64,000 bases of DNA. It comes from Phoronis australis (lineage: Eukaryota; Animalia; Phoronida). Positions 51,801-62,752 of this stretch are shown in pieces. Position 1 is the stretch's first letter; every line of letters starts with the position of its first letter. The notes beneath the pieces are model-generated. The model worked only from the letters and a program-made list of their open reading frames with translations. It was not told the DNA's origin and did no database searches. The stretch spans positions 87,850 to 151,849 of the forward strand of contig NMRA01000535.1 of assembly GCA_002633005.1 (NCBI GenBank). The letters are read 5' to 3'. The position numbers and the translations under genes were made by a program.

Positions 51801-54800
51801 TCACCGGCCCGAGTAAGGTGTGTTCTATCACTGGTCCGAGTAAGGTGTGTTCTATTACGGGCCCAAGTAAGGTATGTTCTATTACTCGCCCAAGTAAGGT
51901 GTGTTCCTTCACCCGCCCAAGTAAGGTGTGTTCCTTCACCCGCCCAAATAAGGTGAGTTCCATCACTGGCCAAAGTAAGGTGTGTTCTATCACCCACCCA
52001 CCCAAGTAAGGTGTGTTCTATCACTGGTCGAAGTAAGGCGTGTTCCATCACTGGCCTAAGTAAGGTGTGTTCTATCACTCCCCCAAGTAAGGTGTGTTCT
52101 ATCACTCGCCCAAGTAAAGTGTGTTATATCACTTGCCCAAGTAAGATGTGTTCTATCACCAGCCCAAGTAAGGTGTGTTCTATCACTGGTCCGAGTAAGG
52201 AGTGTTCTATTACTCGCCCAAGTAAGGTGTGTTCCTTCACCCGCCCAAGTAAGGTGTGTTCCATCACCGGCCCAAGTAAGATGTGTTCCATCACCGGCCC
52301 AACTAAGGTGTGTTCTATCATCCACCCAAGTAAGGTGTGTACCTCGGGGAATATTGACGACCTCAACATGAGGAAGTTGGGCAATTCTGATAGATGGCGT
52401 CAGTGTTGCAGGTTGTGCCTCTTCCTGCTTACTGGTCGTTTGTATGTGCGACATGACCACAGGAGGATGGGCCCACTGCCTCTCATGAGTGGGATGGCTG
52501 CACTGATTGGATAATGAGGCATTGTCGTTGGACTTCCTCAAACTCTGCAAAAAAGTGGAGACAAGATAGAAAATCATTAAACAGGACACCCATTTTAGAA
52601 CACAAGGCACTATGCAAACTATGGCCAAAACAGTAGAAAGATGAACTTGTAGCATTGAAACATTTAAAGGCGAAGGCAACCTTTTTTCATTTTGAGCTAA
52701 AATAAGGTTGGTTGGTTATCCTAGACATATTTTCCACTTAATTACAGCTTTTTGTAATTTCATTAATCACTCGTCCGCTACTCCGGAAGTGATGTTTTAG
52801 GAGGCAAGCATTTCGCGCCAATTTCTTTTCATATAGTCTGACTGTGAGAGCTGCCGAGTCATTCATTGTTCTACCTCGGTTGTGTTAAGTTCCGTCGTCG
52901 TTTGCTTTCATTTACTAGTCAGTCAACATGCCACACTGTTGCTGCGTACCAAGATGTACTAACTATCGGCTCACGCGCGCTTTGGGAGTACCTTTGCATC
53001 GCTTAATTCCGATGGATGACACACTTCGCAGTACTTGACTTTTGGCTCGTTCGTGTGAAGAACGCAGCATTACCCGTCCACGCAACGTACAAAGCACTGG
53101 AGAATTACCGTGTGTGTGGCAATCATTTTCTGCCGTCCGATTACGAAAGGGATTTGTACGCTGAACTGATGAAGGTCCCTGCGAAACAACGTCTAAAGAA
53201 GGATGCCATTCCATCTGTGTTGATTCCCGGCAGTGCCCAGTCGCCACCCCCGAGAAGTGCGTTTTTGAAGCGAGAAGCCTCGCGAGCTGTGGCCAGTACA
53301 GTGACTGGAGCCAGTGGAGGCACTTCATCTACTGTCACCCGTGCCTCCGAACGTACCCCAGAGCGTGCAATTCCTGGAACCAGTAGTGATTCGCCCTGTG
53401 CTGTTTTCTCCAGCCCAGAGCCTCTAAGCAGCCCTGCAGCGATATTGAGTAGTGGGAGTGATTACAGGCCCAGTTCGACACCCAGTGAAGAGGACAGTTC
53501 GTCGTCCAGTGAACAGATCGGTGAGCCAAACTTTGATAAGTTTATTGTGGACTTGTCTAAAGTGTTGGAGCTATTTAGAAGGTGCCAGGTGTGTGGCGAG
53601 GGAGTCACACGACACAATGTAAGCAGTTTGGGTGCTCAGGTCACCATCCAGTGGGAGTGTGTCACGGGACACTCTGGCAAGTGGGACAGTTGTTCCTCTG
53701 TCCGTGGNNNNNNNNNNNNNNNNNNNNNNNNNNNNNNNNNNNNNNNNNNNNNNNNNNNNNNNNNNNNNNNNNNNNNNNNNNNNNNNNNNNNNNNNNNNNN
53801 NNNNNNNNNNNNNNNNNNNNNNNNNNNNNNNNNNNNNNNNNNNNNNNNNNNNNNGCTTACAACACACTAAACAATCCCTAAATCCAACGTAGTTGAGTTC
53901 TCTACTAACCTATCTTGCCGCAGAATACTCGCCGATGGAAAGTGATGGCGACAATTGTTGAAAAACAGCACAAAACAATAGTAGAATAGAACAGATTCGC
54001 ACGGTAAAGTCAACGCAAAACCAAGTGGCGGGAAACGCTTGCCTCCTAAAACGTCACTTCCGGAGTAGCGGACGAATAATTTCTAAAATTACGAAAAGCT
54101 GTAATTATGTGGAAAATATGTCTAGGATAACCAACCAACCTTATTTTAGCTCAAAATGACATGACATGGAAAAAGGTTGCCTTCGCCTTTAATATACATT
54201 CTAAAGTGCCAGTGAGCATCATTTTTCAATCAAAAATAACACTCTGTGCTCATTTTTAAATGTCCACACACTTCCCCAAATCACGTTTTCATAATATCCA
54301 AGTTTTCCTTTACATCCAACCACTCCTGAGGAACACAAAGTTAACAAATGTTCAAGTGTCTGTTCGTGTATCCAGGTTCTAACCCATGTCTATCCAATAG
54401 GAGCACAGTGTGCTCCTTGTTTCAACTGTTTAATCTGATAATCATTGTCTGATGTTATGTTAATTAGGTGTTTTAGTGTTTATCGGATCTTAAGAGCGAA
54501 AAGATACCAATCAGTGCCACATGAAGCCTCCTGCAACACTACCATAAGGTGGCGCTTTGGCTGATATCTGCTAACTCTAGACCAGTGATACTAAGATGAG
54601 CCAAGTCTGCTACATTTGGTGAGTCTACATACAGAATGAAGTAGTCCATCGTGTGCTTGTTCAAAGTGTCAAGTTTACATCCATAAAATATTAAAATATG
54701 TCATGAGCTTGCAATTGCAGCATTATAGAAATACACAAGAACTGATTTGTGTCTGTAAGTTTGTGACTTCATAACCTGTGCGACTATTGGAACTGGTTTT

Positions 54801-57800
54801 GTCTGGCATAACAGAATTAGGCAGCATTCAATTCTAAACACGATGTTAAGTCAATGAATGAACCATGCAACCATAGACTATAGTACATGTTGTCTATAAT
54901 CTATGATGCAACTGATAAAATATGAAAGCAGTAAGGTATTTTAAATGATAACACAATAGCATGTAGTTTTTATCCTCATTTCCCATTAACACAATTTAAT
55001 TTGGTCTCGCTATAAATACCCGGACTTTGGTTGGAGAATACTCGGGGAAATCATGTCATTAGGTAGGTGTTGAATGAATGATGTTGGTATCAACAATCGT
55101 ACGTTTTTGCTCGGTAATATTTATGTGATGAAAAGTGCAACTTTGTAGCCTATACACAGAAGGTAAGAGAGAAGCAATGAACAAAACTTGACACGACAGC
55201 ATACAAAAATATCAACGGGGAGAAAACATGAAGATGTGTCATGCTTAGGTTGCCTATGGGCTAATGAGAATCGACTTTTGGTTACGTGATTCTAGCAAGC
55301 ATTTGCTGTGAAATGAACACTTATCGTAGTTACTTGTCCAAAGTTTCACAAAAAGCCTGGTAACACCTACAATAGGACGTGGTGCCTTCAGTTGAAGTCG
55401 TCCGATAATATCCACGCACATTATCACCTTTCGTTCAGCAAAGCCTTTGGACAGAAACTGTGCTTTGGTCAGGGAAGGTTTGTAGTCAAATACGTCTCTC
55501 AATGCCTGAAATAACAAGAGCAATGCGGAGCGTTGAAATGCGCCCACGAATGCACCGCAAACGGAGTGCTTCTAGGGTTGTTCATCTGTTTCACAAAAAT
55601 AGCAACAAGAGGGCGAAGAAACATTTAATCCATCTGAAAATGGGTACATGCCATCACTTCTTTAATAGAAAGCTATTTAGCAAATTTCATAAAAAATCTG
55701 TCAAGTAACTTCAGAGAAACAAAGGAAAACAAAAAATAATGAAATTGCCACTTTGGGACACAGCCTTCATTGAATCTGCCTGAAAGACGTCGTCATTTGT
55801 TGTTAGCTTCATATGAATACAATTATTAAATTTAATAAAAATCCTGCAGTGAGTTTAGGAGATGCAGCTATGGGCACAAAACAAAACAAAACTACCACTA
55901 GGAGGTGCTACAGCAGTCGAATGCGTTATTTTCAACCGTCCTCTTCACACTGAGAACATATACCATAAACCAATTTTCAAAGTCATCCTCAGAATGGTTT
56001 GTTTGATCGGGGGTGGACGCCAAACAACAAGACTCGAAAACAGGAATAACGGCCACTAGGTGGTGCAAAAGTTCTTCGATTCCATCCGAAAGCGGGAGGA
56101 TAGCATCATCTCACCAATAAATGCCTCTATTCCAAACTTTCTGATGATCGCTTGAGGACCTTTGAAGATACAGAGGTAAGCCTAAAAATGAAAATTACCA
56201 CTAAGGGGCACACTGGTTGTCATATCCGTCCAAAAGCTGTTGTCATTGGTTGTTAACATCATATAAATACACTTGCTAAATTTAGCAAAGATGCTGCAAA
56301 CCGTTAAGGAGATACAGCCATGGACACAAAAAAACTGCCACTAGGAGGCGCCACAGTAGTCGAAGTCATTGCTAAATCATCGTCAGCTTTGTAGTAAGAA
56401 CATACATGCCAATTTTCATAATCATCCTTAGTGCAGTTTGGTTGATAGAGGGGTGGACGCCAAAAAACACTCAAAAAAGCAAAAATGGCGCAAACTACGT
56501 CATATCCATCCGAAAACAGGAGGATAGCGTCATCTCAATAATAGGTGCCAATATTCCAAATTTTATGAAAATATCTTGAGAACCTTTGAAGATACGAGGT
56601 AAGCGTAAAAAATTAAATTGCCACTAGGGGCACACCAGTAGTCAGATCAGTCGGAAAGTCGTCGTCGTCCATTGTCAACGTCATATAAATACACTTGTAG
56701 AACCTAGTAAAGTTCCTGCCAACGGTTTAAGAGATACAGCCATGGGCACAAAAAGAGACAAAACTGCCACTAGGAGGCGCCACAGCAGTTGAAATCATCA
56801 AAAAATCATCGTCAGCTGTCCTCTTCATAATAAAAACATACATGCCAATTTCCACAATCATCTTTAGAGCGGTTCGGTTGACAGAGGGGTGGACGCAAAA
56901 AACAGACTCGAAAACAGTAAAAATGGCCACTAGGTGGTGCAAAATACCTAGATTCCATCCAAAAACAGGAGCAAAGCATCATCTCTTCAATAGATGCCTA
57001 TATTCAAAATTTTATGAAAATCTGTTTCGGACCTTTTAAGATACAGAGGTAAACGTAAAAAACTAAAAGTGCCACTAGGGGGCACACGAGTGATCAGATC
57101 TATCCGAAAGTCGTCGTTGTTCGTTGTCAACATCACATAAATACACTTGCTAAATCGAGTAAAGATCCTGCAAATGGTTTAGGAAATACAGCCATGAGCG
57201 CAAAAAAACTGCCAACAGGTGGCGCCACAGTAATCGAAGTTTGAAAATCATCGTCAGCCGTCCACTTCATAGTTAAAACATACATGCCAACTTTCACAAT
57301 TATCCTGAAAGCGGTTTGGTTGAGACGAGTGGACACCAAAAAACAGACTTGAAAACAGTAAAAATGGCCACTAGGTGGCGCTAACTAGGTTGAATCCATC
57401 TGAAAATGGAGACATGACGTCACCTCATTAACAGATGCCTGTATGCCAAATTTTATGAAAATACATTGAGGACCTTTGAAGATAGAGAGGTAAACGTAAA
57501 AAAATAAAATTGTCACTAGGTGGTACACCAGTAGTCAGATCTGTCTGATAGTCGTCATCCTGCGTTATTAACATCATATAAATACACTTACTAAATTTAG
57601 TGAAGATCCTGCAAACAGTTTAGGAGATACAGCCATAGGTGCAAAAAAACAAAATTGCCACTAGGAGGCGCCACAGTTGTTGAAGTCGACGGAAAATCAT
57701 CGTCAGCTGTCCACTTCACAGTAAGAACATACATGACAATTTTCGCAATCTTCCTTTGAGTGGTTTGGTTGATGGAGGGATGGACGCCAAAAAACAGACT

Positions 57801-60800
57801 CGAAAACAGTAAAAATGGCCACTAGGTGGTGAAAAATATCTCGAATCCTTCCGAAAACGAAGAGATAGCGTCACCTCATTAATAGATGCCTATGTGACAA
57901 ATTTCATGAAAATCGGTTGAGGACCTTTCAAGATACAGACTAGGCAAACGTAAAAAACTAAAATTGCCACCAGGGGGCACAGCCATTTTTGGGTCGGGCC
58001 GAAACTCGTCGCACTCTGTCGTCAACCCCATAGGAACACACCTGCCAAATTTCCATAAGATCCTGCAAGGGGTTTAGGAGATACAGCCGCGGACACCTGG
58101 ACAGAGATGATGGCAATATGCACCCACATATAAATATGTGGGTGCATAAAAATGTTCAAATCTCAAAAGAAGATAACAGGACCAAATTTTATTTGAGACT
58201 CCATTTCGAGCAAATATGAGTTTCTCGCAATGTCATTGGTGAATTTTTTTAGTAGATTCTTGAGTTAAAACATTTTGGTGTCTCGGGCACTGGTGCAAAA
58301 ATATGGAATGTAATTTTGCTATGCAAAAATATTGCTATCATCATTTATTTAATTATTTATCACCTGAATCTTACATATGAATTACACATCACATTTGTCT
58401 AAATCTTATATCAGTTCAAAATTCAACATCAGACAAGAAGATTATTTATGATCGCCATATGTCCCGAATAATGGATAAATGATATGCGTCGCAGGCTCGT
58501 TACCAAAGATGAAAAGGAGACTGAGGTAGGCGATATAAGGTCATTTATTATGACTAATAGAATTACAAGTAAATATAGTGAATACAGATAATAAAAATAA
58601 CAAGAGCAACGCGGAGCGTTGAAATGCGCCCACAATTGCACCGCATACGGTATCCTTCTAGGGTTGTTTATTGGTACCATAAAGTGGCCAGTAGAGGGCA
58701 TACTTTGCAAAATGGAAAGGCATGGTCCTTGTCTCCTCAATAGGCTAGGGGCAAAATGTGAGTAATCTTCATAATACAAGCACATCCTATACACCAGTTG
58801 CTTAAAGCACCACAGAAACATAGAATTAAAAACAAATTTACCAACATACGAGATTAGCACANGGGCAATAAAAAAGTGCCGACCACGTAGAAGTAAGAGA
58901 GAACGAAAACGGGGTGGTAGAGGGTGGGAAAAAATTATTAAGTTTTGGAAAGTACGACAATGTGACGGGGACAAAGAAAACGAGGTTGCAATAGCAAAAA
59001 AATGCCTAAGGACACGTGACAATCATCAGCCTATGAAAGCCAAGAGCTGACCAAACTCAAGTCACGTGATAACAACAGACCAATACGAAGGCTGGGAAAA
59101 CGACGTGTAGTCCTACACAAAGGAATAATGGAATAGACCGAGATGAGGGGGGAAAGGAGTAAGACAGGTCCATATGCTCACATAAATATATTTAACGAGT
59201 GAAATACCATTTAAAACATATGCTACAAAAGCCTGATAAGTAAATCTTGCCTTGTATATATTCTCAACGAATCGTAGATCAGTTCGTCCAAATAATTCAA
59301 TGCCAGCAGACAGCAATTTCTGGCTTATTTCTGGATTGTTCTCCAAGAAGATATAGTGATATATCGGCAAATAGACATCTGTCTCACCCATGACAAGCCT
59401 ACAAACATACAAAGATAACCTTTAACTTGCAATACATGTACTAGTATACTCAAAGTGTGTAACATTTAACAAACAATATATTTGATTCACATATAGACTG
59501 AAAATGTGGCTTTTTCCCATTGGTGAAACATTTTTCTGTAATTTTCATAAAAATAATAAGACAAACATTGAGTGTTGATATGTGCCCACTACTGGCACTT
59601 CGTGCATCATATTGCAGATATTGCAGAAACAAGAGATGATTACTATTTAAAACATTCCTGCTAGAGAGTAATGCTAGTAAATATAAAATAACTTCTAGTA
59701 GGTACATAGCAAGTTAGCAATGTTCTCATCAACAGGAATACATCTGCCAAGATCGTAAAAAAGGCTGGTACAAGGGGACACAGCGATATCGTCATATATG
59801 TCCAAAATTCATTGTCATCTATTGTCAAGTTCGCAACTACAGTATCATTATGTCACAATGCACACCCTGTCATACGTTTTCCTGATCACAACTACCTATC
59901 ATTCTGTCACAATGCACACACCGTCATACGTTTTCCAGTTCACATCTACAGTATCATTCTGTCACAATGCACACCTTATCATACATTGTCTAGTTCATGA
60001 CTACAGTATCATTCTGTCACAATGCACACTCTGTCATCCATTGTCTAGTTCATGACTACGGTATCATTCTGTCACAAGGCACACCCTGTCATCCATCGTC
60101 AAGTTCACGACTACACTAACACCCTGTCACAATTAAGCACATCCTAAATTCAATATTCGGTATTATTGCTTACTATTCTCACTACGCAATCTGACCACAA
60201 TGTCGTGCACTTTACTATAATCAATTGACCCATCCCGTACTACAACACTGCCATGACACAAATATTTACCCACAATGCTGCACAATTGTCAGACTGAAAC
60301 TTAATTGCAACCAGGAGGTTATTGTGTCAAAATCATGGCAGCATCATTAAAGCTCATTGGATGCCTAGGGCACACTTATCTAGCAAGTATGCTAACCTTA
60401 CAGCTCACCTGTGCACTAAAACCAACTGTGTGGACGAATGTCTCACTTATTGGATTTCTTTTACCTGGTGAACCCAACTCCTCACAGCATGTGGGTAAGC
60501 TAAGCAAAGTAAAGTGCGAAGTCGATTATTTGCAGCATCACCTGTCAACAATAGCTCTTGCAGATAACTTTGTATTTTGCCTCGCTCTGTGTGGGTGCCA
60601 GCATTGAGCTGCATACTAAGCTGCCACTTTCACTTGTGAACATTAGCTGAGCTCGTAGTTATACGTTTGCACCAAGCTTTATACCAGCACAGTTTACTTG
60701 TTAAAATTTACACTATTTATATAAACAGAGTGAACATTTTGTTCAATATCCATGAACAAGTAATATAATGTTCTTTGCTCACCACAGAAGGGATTGACAC

Positions 60801-60989
60801 TTCCAAAACTAGGTCAATTGCACAATGCGATCATCTGCCTCCAGGAAAAGAGTTACAACTTCAGGTTGCGATAGTGCTATTAGAAGAGGAGATTGCTTAC
60901 TTGTCCAGGTCCACATCATGTGGATAGTGGATCTTCCTCAGAACAGCCTGCAGTTTGGAAATGTTGTTCTTTATATCACCTACAGACAT
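33800..60989 (-). CDS. CEP44: Centrosomal protein of 44 kDa, whole gene span; 9 coding exons, 1140 nt, 379 aa
   Basis: Spliced N-terminus MSVGDIKNNISKLQAVLRKIHYPHDVDLDK-LVMGETDVYLPIYHYIF..IELFGRTDLRFVENIYK-ALRDVFDYKPSLTKAQFLSKGFAERKVIMCVDII matches the CEP44 CH-like domain as I recall it. Also LKARVTLLENQL coiled coil and C-terminal RVRRINDLFVETKALL. All eight intron phases are mutually consistent. Confidence 0.9.
34915..35112. repeat. 49-bp tandem repeat ~4 copies
   Basis: caacagttgtcac recurs with period 49. Confidence 0.9.
35538..35622. repeat. 13-bp tandem repeat x6 (tacactttgttca) overlapping the CEP44 exon 8 donor
   Basis: Direct inspection. Confidence 0.9.
35625..35850 (-). CDS. CEP44: CEP44 coding exon 8 (226 nt)
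   Basis: tcttctcaacag|AT; donor TT|gtaagt; phase 1 in, phase 2 out. Confidence 0.8.
36259..36445. mobile_element. Fragment of a repeat family also present at 58443-59211 (Crypton-like termini)
   Basis: 36259-36297 matches 59175-59211; 36294-36440 matches 58443-58598. Confidence 0.65.
36465..37313 (+). mobile_element. RTE-clade LINE, 5'-truncated (RT thumb/C-terminal region plus terminal C2H2 finger)
   Basis: FKYLGS, LLYGCESW, QLRWVGHIIRM..R.P.QLLYGEL..G.R.QGRPRLRYKD, CPTCARLCASRLGLQSH; in-frame stop at 37044 and frameshifts. Confidence 0.92.
38764..39296 (-). mobile_element. 3' LTR (533 bp) of a Gypsy element
   Basis: Inverted termini TGTTGTAT...ATACAACA; polypurine tract aaacgaagggaga directly precedes it on minus; AATAAA near its 3' end. 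Confidence 0.8.
39342..39745. mobile_element. hAT-type MITE inserted into the Gypsy remnant
   Basis: TIR CAGGCCTTTAT/ATAAAGGCCTG; 8-bp TSD GGTACAGT (39334-39341, 39746-39753). Confidence 0.88.
39878..40703 (-). mobile_element. Ty3/Gypsy integrase fragment (5' part of element missing)
   Basis: YLLVVDYYS, YGIP..FVSDNGPQY, TSSPHYPQGNGKAQR, SPAE, GPF/chromo-like WEPATV; catalytic E appears as Q. Confidence 0.92.
41577..41649 (-). CDS. CEP44: CEP44 coding exon 7 (73 nt)
   Basis: ttttgtgttgcag|ACT; donor GAG|gtaagt; phase 0 in, phase 1 out. Confidence 0.75.
45065..47506. mobile_element. Non-autonomous foldback element with ~210-bp TIRs, nested in the Academ element
   Basis: 45065-45282 is the reverse complement of 47301-47506. 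Internal 20-bp array and ~340-370-bp direct duplications (46495-47300); repeated TGCGGAA/TTCCGCA motif. Confidence 0.85.
45292..45548. repeat. 20-bp minisatellite (gcggaatattcctcaaatgt) ~12 copies
   Basis: Direct inspection; palindromic GGAATATTCC core. Confidence 0.95.
47848..48097. mobile_element. MITE with CATGCG(C/T)GCAC-like TIRs and 5-bp TSD TATTA, inside an older MITE (~47570-48200)
   Basis: tatta|catgcgcacagcc ... tgggtgcacgcatg|tatta; host shows actccgaa/ttcggagt inverted motifs. Confidence 0.7.
48591..49690 (+). mobile_element. Helentron-associated non-autonomous element (HINE/DINE-1-like), inserted in the Academ right TIR
   Basis: AACAAGAG head with sub-TIR ATGCGCCCACA, (GGAC)n microsatellite, terminal hairpin ATGCATCCACATAT-A-AATATGTGGGCGCAT; inserted in an A-run without TSD. 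Confidence 0.8.
50129..50185 (-). CDS. CEP44: CEP44 coding exon 6 (57 nt): ELKARVTLLENQLAIMMAM
   Basis: ttctgtttgtag|GAG; donor ATG|gtaggt; RVTLLE motif. Confidence 0.8.
50654..50814 (-). CDS. CEP44: CEP44 coding exon 5 (161 nt)
   Basis: ctttatttag|TT; donor CGG|gtgagc; phase 1 in, phase 0 out; only one frame open. Confidence 0.7.
51022..52340. repeat. 27-bp minisatellite (ggcccaagtaaggtgtgttctatcact) ~48 copies, 1.3 kb, CEP44 intron 4
   Basis: Direct inspection; explains all repetitive ORFs at 51148-52514. Confidence 0.95.
52343..52544 (-). CDS. CEP44: CEP44 coding exon 4 (202 nt)
   Basis: cttttttgcag|AGT; weak donor CGA G|gtacac, phase 1. Confidence 0.7.
52928..53707 (+). pseudogene. Kolobok transposase 5' portion (THAP finger plus zinc-ribbon), frameshifted near 53020
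   Basis: The ATG at 52928 frame stops at ~53036; the THAP motif continues in the +1 frame (ORF 53016) up to the N gap. Confidence 0.75.
53708..53854. other. Assembly gap (147 N); single Ns also at 16425 and 58862
   Basis: Seen directly. Confidence 0.99.
55371..55505 (-). CDS. CEP44: CEP44 coding exon 3 (135 nt)
   Basis: ttatttcag|GCA; donor ATT|gtaggt, phase 0. Confidence 0.88.
55513..58150 (+). mobile_element. Second HINE copy, 2.6 kb, with an internal array of ~440-bp diverged repeats (~5.5 units)
   Basis: Same head and terminal hairpin as 48591-49690; gatacagcc-type motif at ~55861, 56311, 56733, 57186, 57626, 58080. Confidence 0.85.
58599..58861 (+). mobile_element. Third HINE head, near-identical to 48591-48851, truncated at a single N
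   Basis: I see only two substitutions in ~260 bp. Confidence 0.8.
59251..59398 (-). CDS. CEP44: CEP44 coding exon 2 (148 nt), GC donor
   Basis: tttgtag|G; ends TAC AAG|gcaaga, phase 0. Confidence 0.88.
59835..60132. repeat. ~55-bp tandem repeat x5 (actacagtatcattctgtcacaatgcacacc...)
   Basis: Direct inspection. Confidence 0.85.
60901..60989 (-). CDS. CEP44: CEP44 coding exon 1 (89 nt)
   Basis: acatttccag|G-ATG; donor AA|gtaagc, phase 2. An upstream non-coding exon is implied but was not located. Confidence 0.9.
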
Positions 60990-62231
60990 CCTGGAAATGT
61001 AAATAGCCCAAACTGCATTTTCAATAACAACATTGCCGTAGATGAAATCACCAGAGTTGATATGACAGCCAAGTAAAAAATTAAACATGCCAAGACTCTC
61101 AAAATTTTAATGTGGGTACTCAAAATTTGAGCTTGGTTAGCCACCATGATCACATTGAGGTCACATAAAGGGTGAAAATGCTAACGTTTTAGCTGCTGGT
61201 GTTTTTGCATTGTGGTACTAGTAAGCAACAAAGCTCAAATTTTGAGAGTGCTTCATTCAAACAGACGAGGTGTTCACGAAGGGCTTATTTTTGCCAGCAG
61301 TTAGTCTGCTTTCTCATGACGAGTAGCTTATAAGCAAAATTTGATGACAAAACACGTAAATTGATAGATCTGCAACAGTTATGAAGGTACCTCACCCATG
61401 TGCAAGTTGCAGTGAAGTGTATGCAACATTGTTTGCAAAGAACAGTTGGTTGATGAATTATTGAAAAAGAAATTAGCCAATAAGCCATGCTCTGTTTCAT
61501 GGGGTATGGGGGAAAAACACTCTATGTGTTGTAAGATTCACCACATCCTGTGGGTTTAGTTCTACCGGTATTCACCACCACGGGTTATCTTTATGGAACA
61601 AGTTACCTGAATGCATAAGATGTTGCCAAGATCTCAATACCTATATCAATGAGTAAAGTCGCCATATATGCCAAGCTTGTGAATGCCAACTTTGCCTATG
61701 CTGTCAAATATTGTTTTGATGCTTGTTAAGTCATGTATCTTTGTATACTTTCTGTTCAGTGCTCTTCCACCTCTTTTGTACATATTCATTTCTCGTTTTA
61801 AATTGGGCACTTTTGCTGTTTTGCTGTTGAAATAAACATTTTCTTAAACTTACTTTACTATGGCCCTTGCCCTTGGCTGAAAGCTCACACATTTTATCGC
61901 TCCACAAATTTAGCAACAGAAAAACAGTACAATGCCAAAGACTGGGCCGAATTAGACAGCACATAGCCCATCAGGGTGATGCAATTGCCTAGGGCCGAAT
62001 GTGCACTAAATGGTAAAATTGATGTCGCATGCGCCAAAGCTTTGACCGCGAATTTGTTGCAATGTCGCTGGAGCGGGACATCGTGAATGGTATCAGAAGA
62101 AAGAACAATTGCTAATGGTTTGTTGAAACCTAGTTCTGTGTAAATTTATTGAGTTTTGTATTTGATATGGATGGCTGAAGTGACGCACCCGTGGAATTTC
62201 TAGTGGGGAGTTGCATACCTTGTAGTATTGT

Positions 62232-62752
62232 ATATAGAGTATTGGGGACGATCAGAAGCTGAGGTCAATGCCTGTGGCTCGCACAGGATAATGCAGTCAA
62301 ACCAAAGCCAATCAGAAGGAAGGGCAGTGAAAATTCCCACTTATCTTTAGAAATGCGTGACTTCCTTTGTAAGCGTATTATTCACGGTATGGCGACAACG
62401 TTAGGCTAAATTTATGGATCACATTACGTCCGAATTTGATTCTTGTTGTTTGCGAGCAACCTTCACGACATCCTCATTTCTGCTGGTATTACAATTAAAT
62501 TCCGTCTTATCTCAGTTACATAGAGCTGAGAGCCATCGTTGCCGTGGATACAGATTTCCCTTCCTCAGGCATAATTAACCTGCCTCAAGCGCCTTACCAA
62601 GAACTAGAGTGTTGACGTTTGCAATCAGTCCACCTTTCTAGAAATTCGAACCACTCCCCACGCTCAATGCACAGGCGTCCTCAGCTTCTGATCGTCCCCA
62701 ATACACTACATATATATGTAGTGTATTGGGCCTGAGGATGCCTGTGGCTCAA
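62232..62752. mobile_element. MITE with ~26-bp perfect TIR core in a TA context, followed by the head of a second copy
   Basis: gtattggggacgatcagaagctgagg / cctcagcttctgatcgtccccaatac; junction palindrome ccaatacactacatatatatgtagtgtattgg. Confidence 0.7.

Larger units (their letters stand above)
52668..54188 (+). mobile_element. Kolobok DNA transposon with THAP-domain transposase N-terminus; middle lost in an assembly gap
   Basis: TTAA|AGGCGAAGGCAACC...GGTTGCCTTCGCCT|TTAA; ~150-bp TIRs; THAP (MPHCCCVPRC..RVCGNHF..RLKKDAIPSV) then CQVC..C..GH. Confidence 0.88.

Noticed and set aside
51148-52105. Long repetitive ORFs as genes (also 26534-26962, 32419-32892, 33045-33374, 45257-45645)
   Set aside because: They are translations of minisatellites, open in several frames and on both strands.
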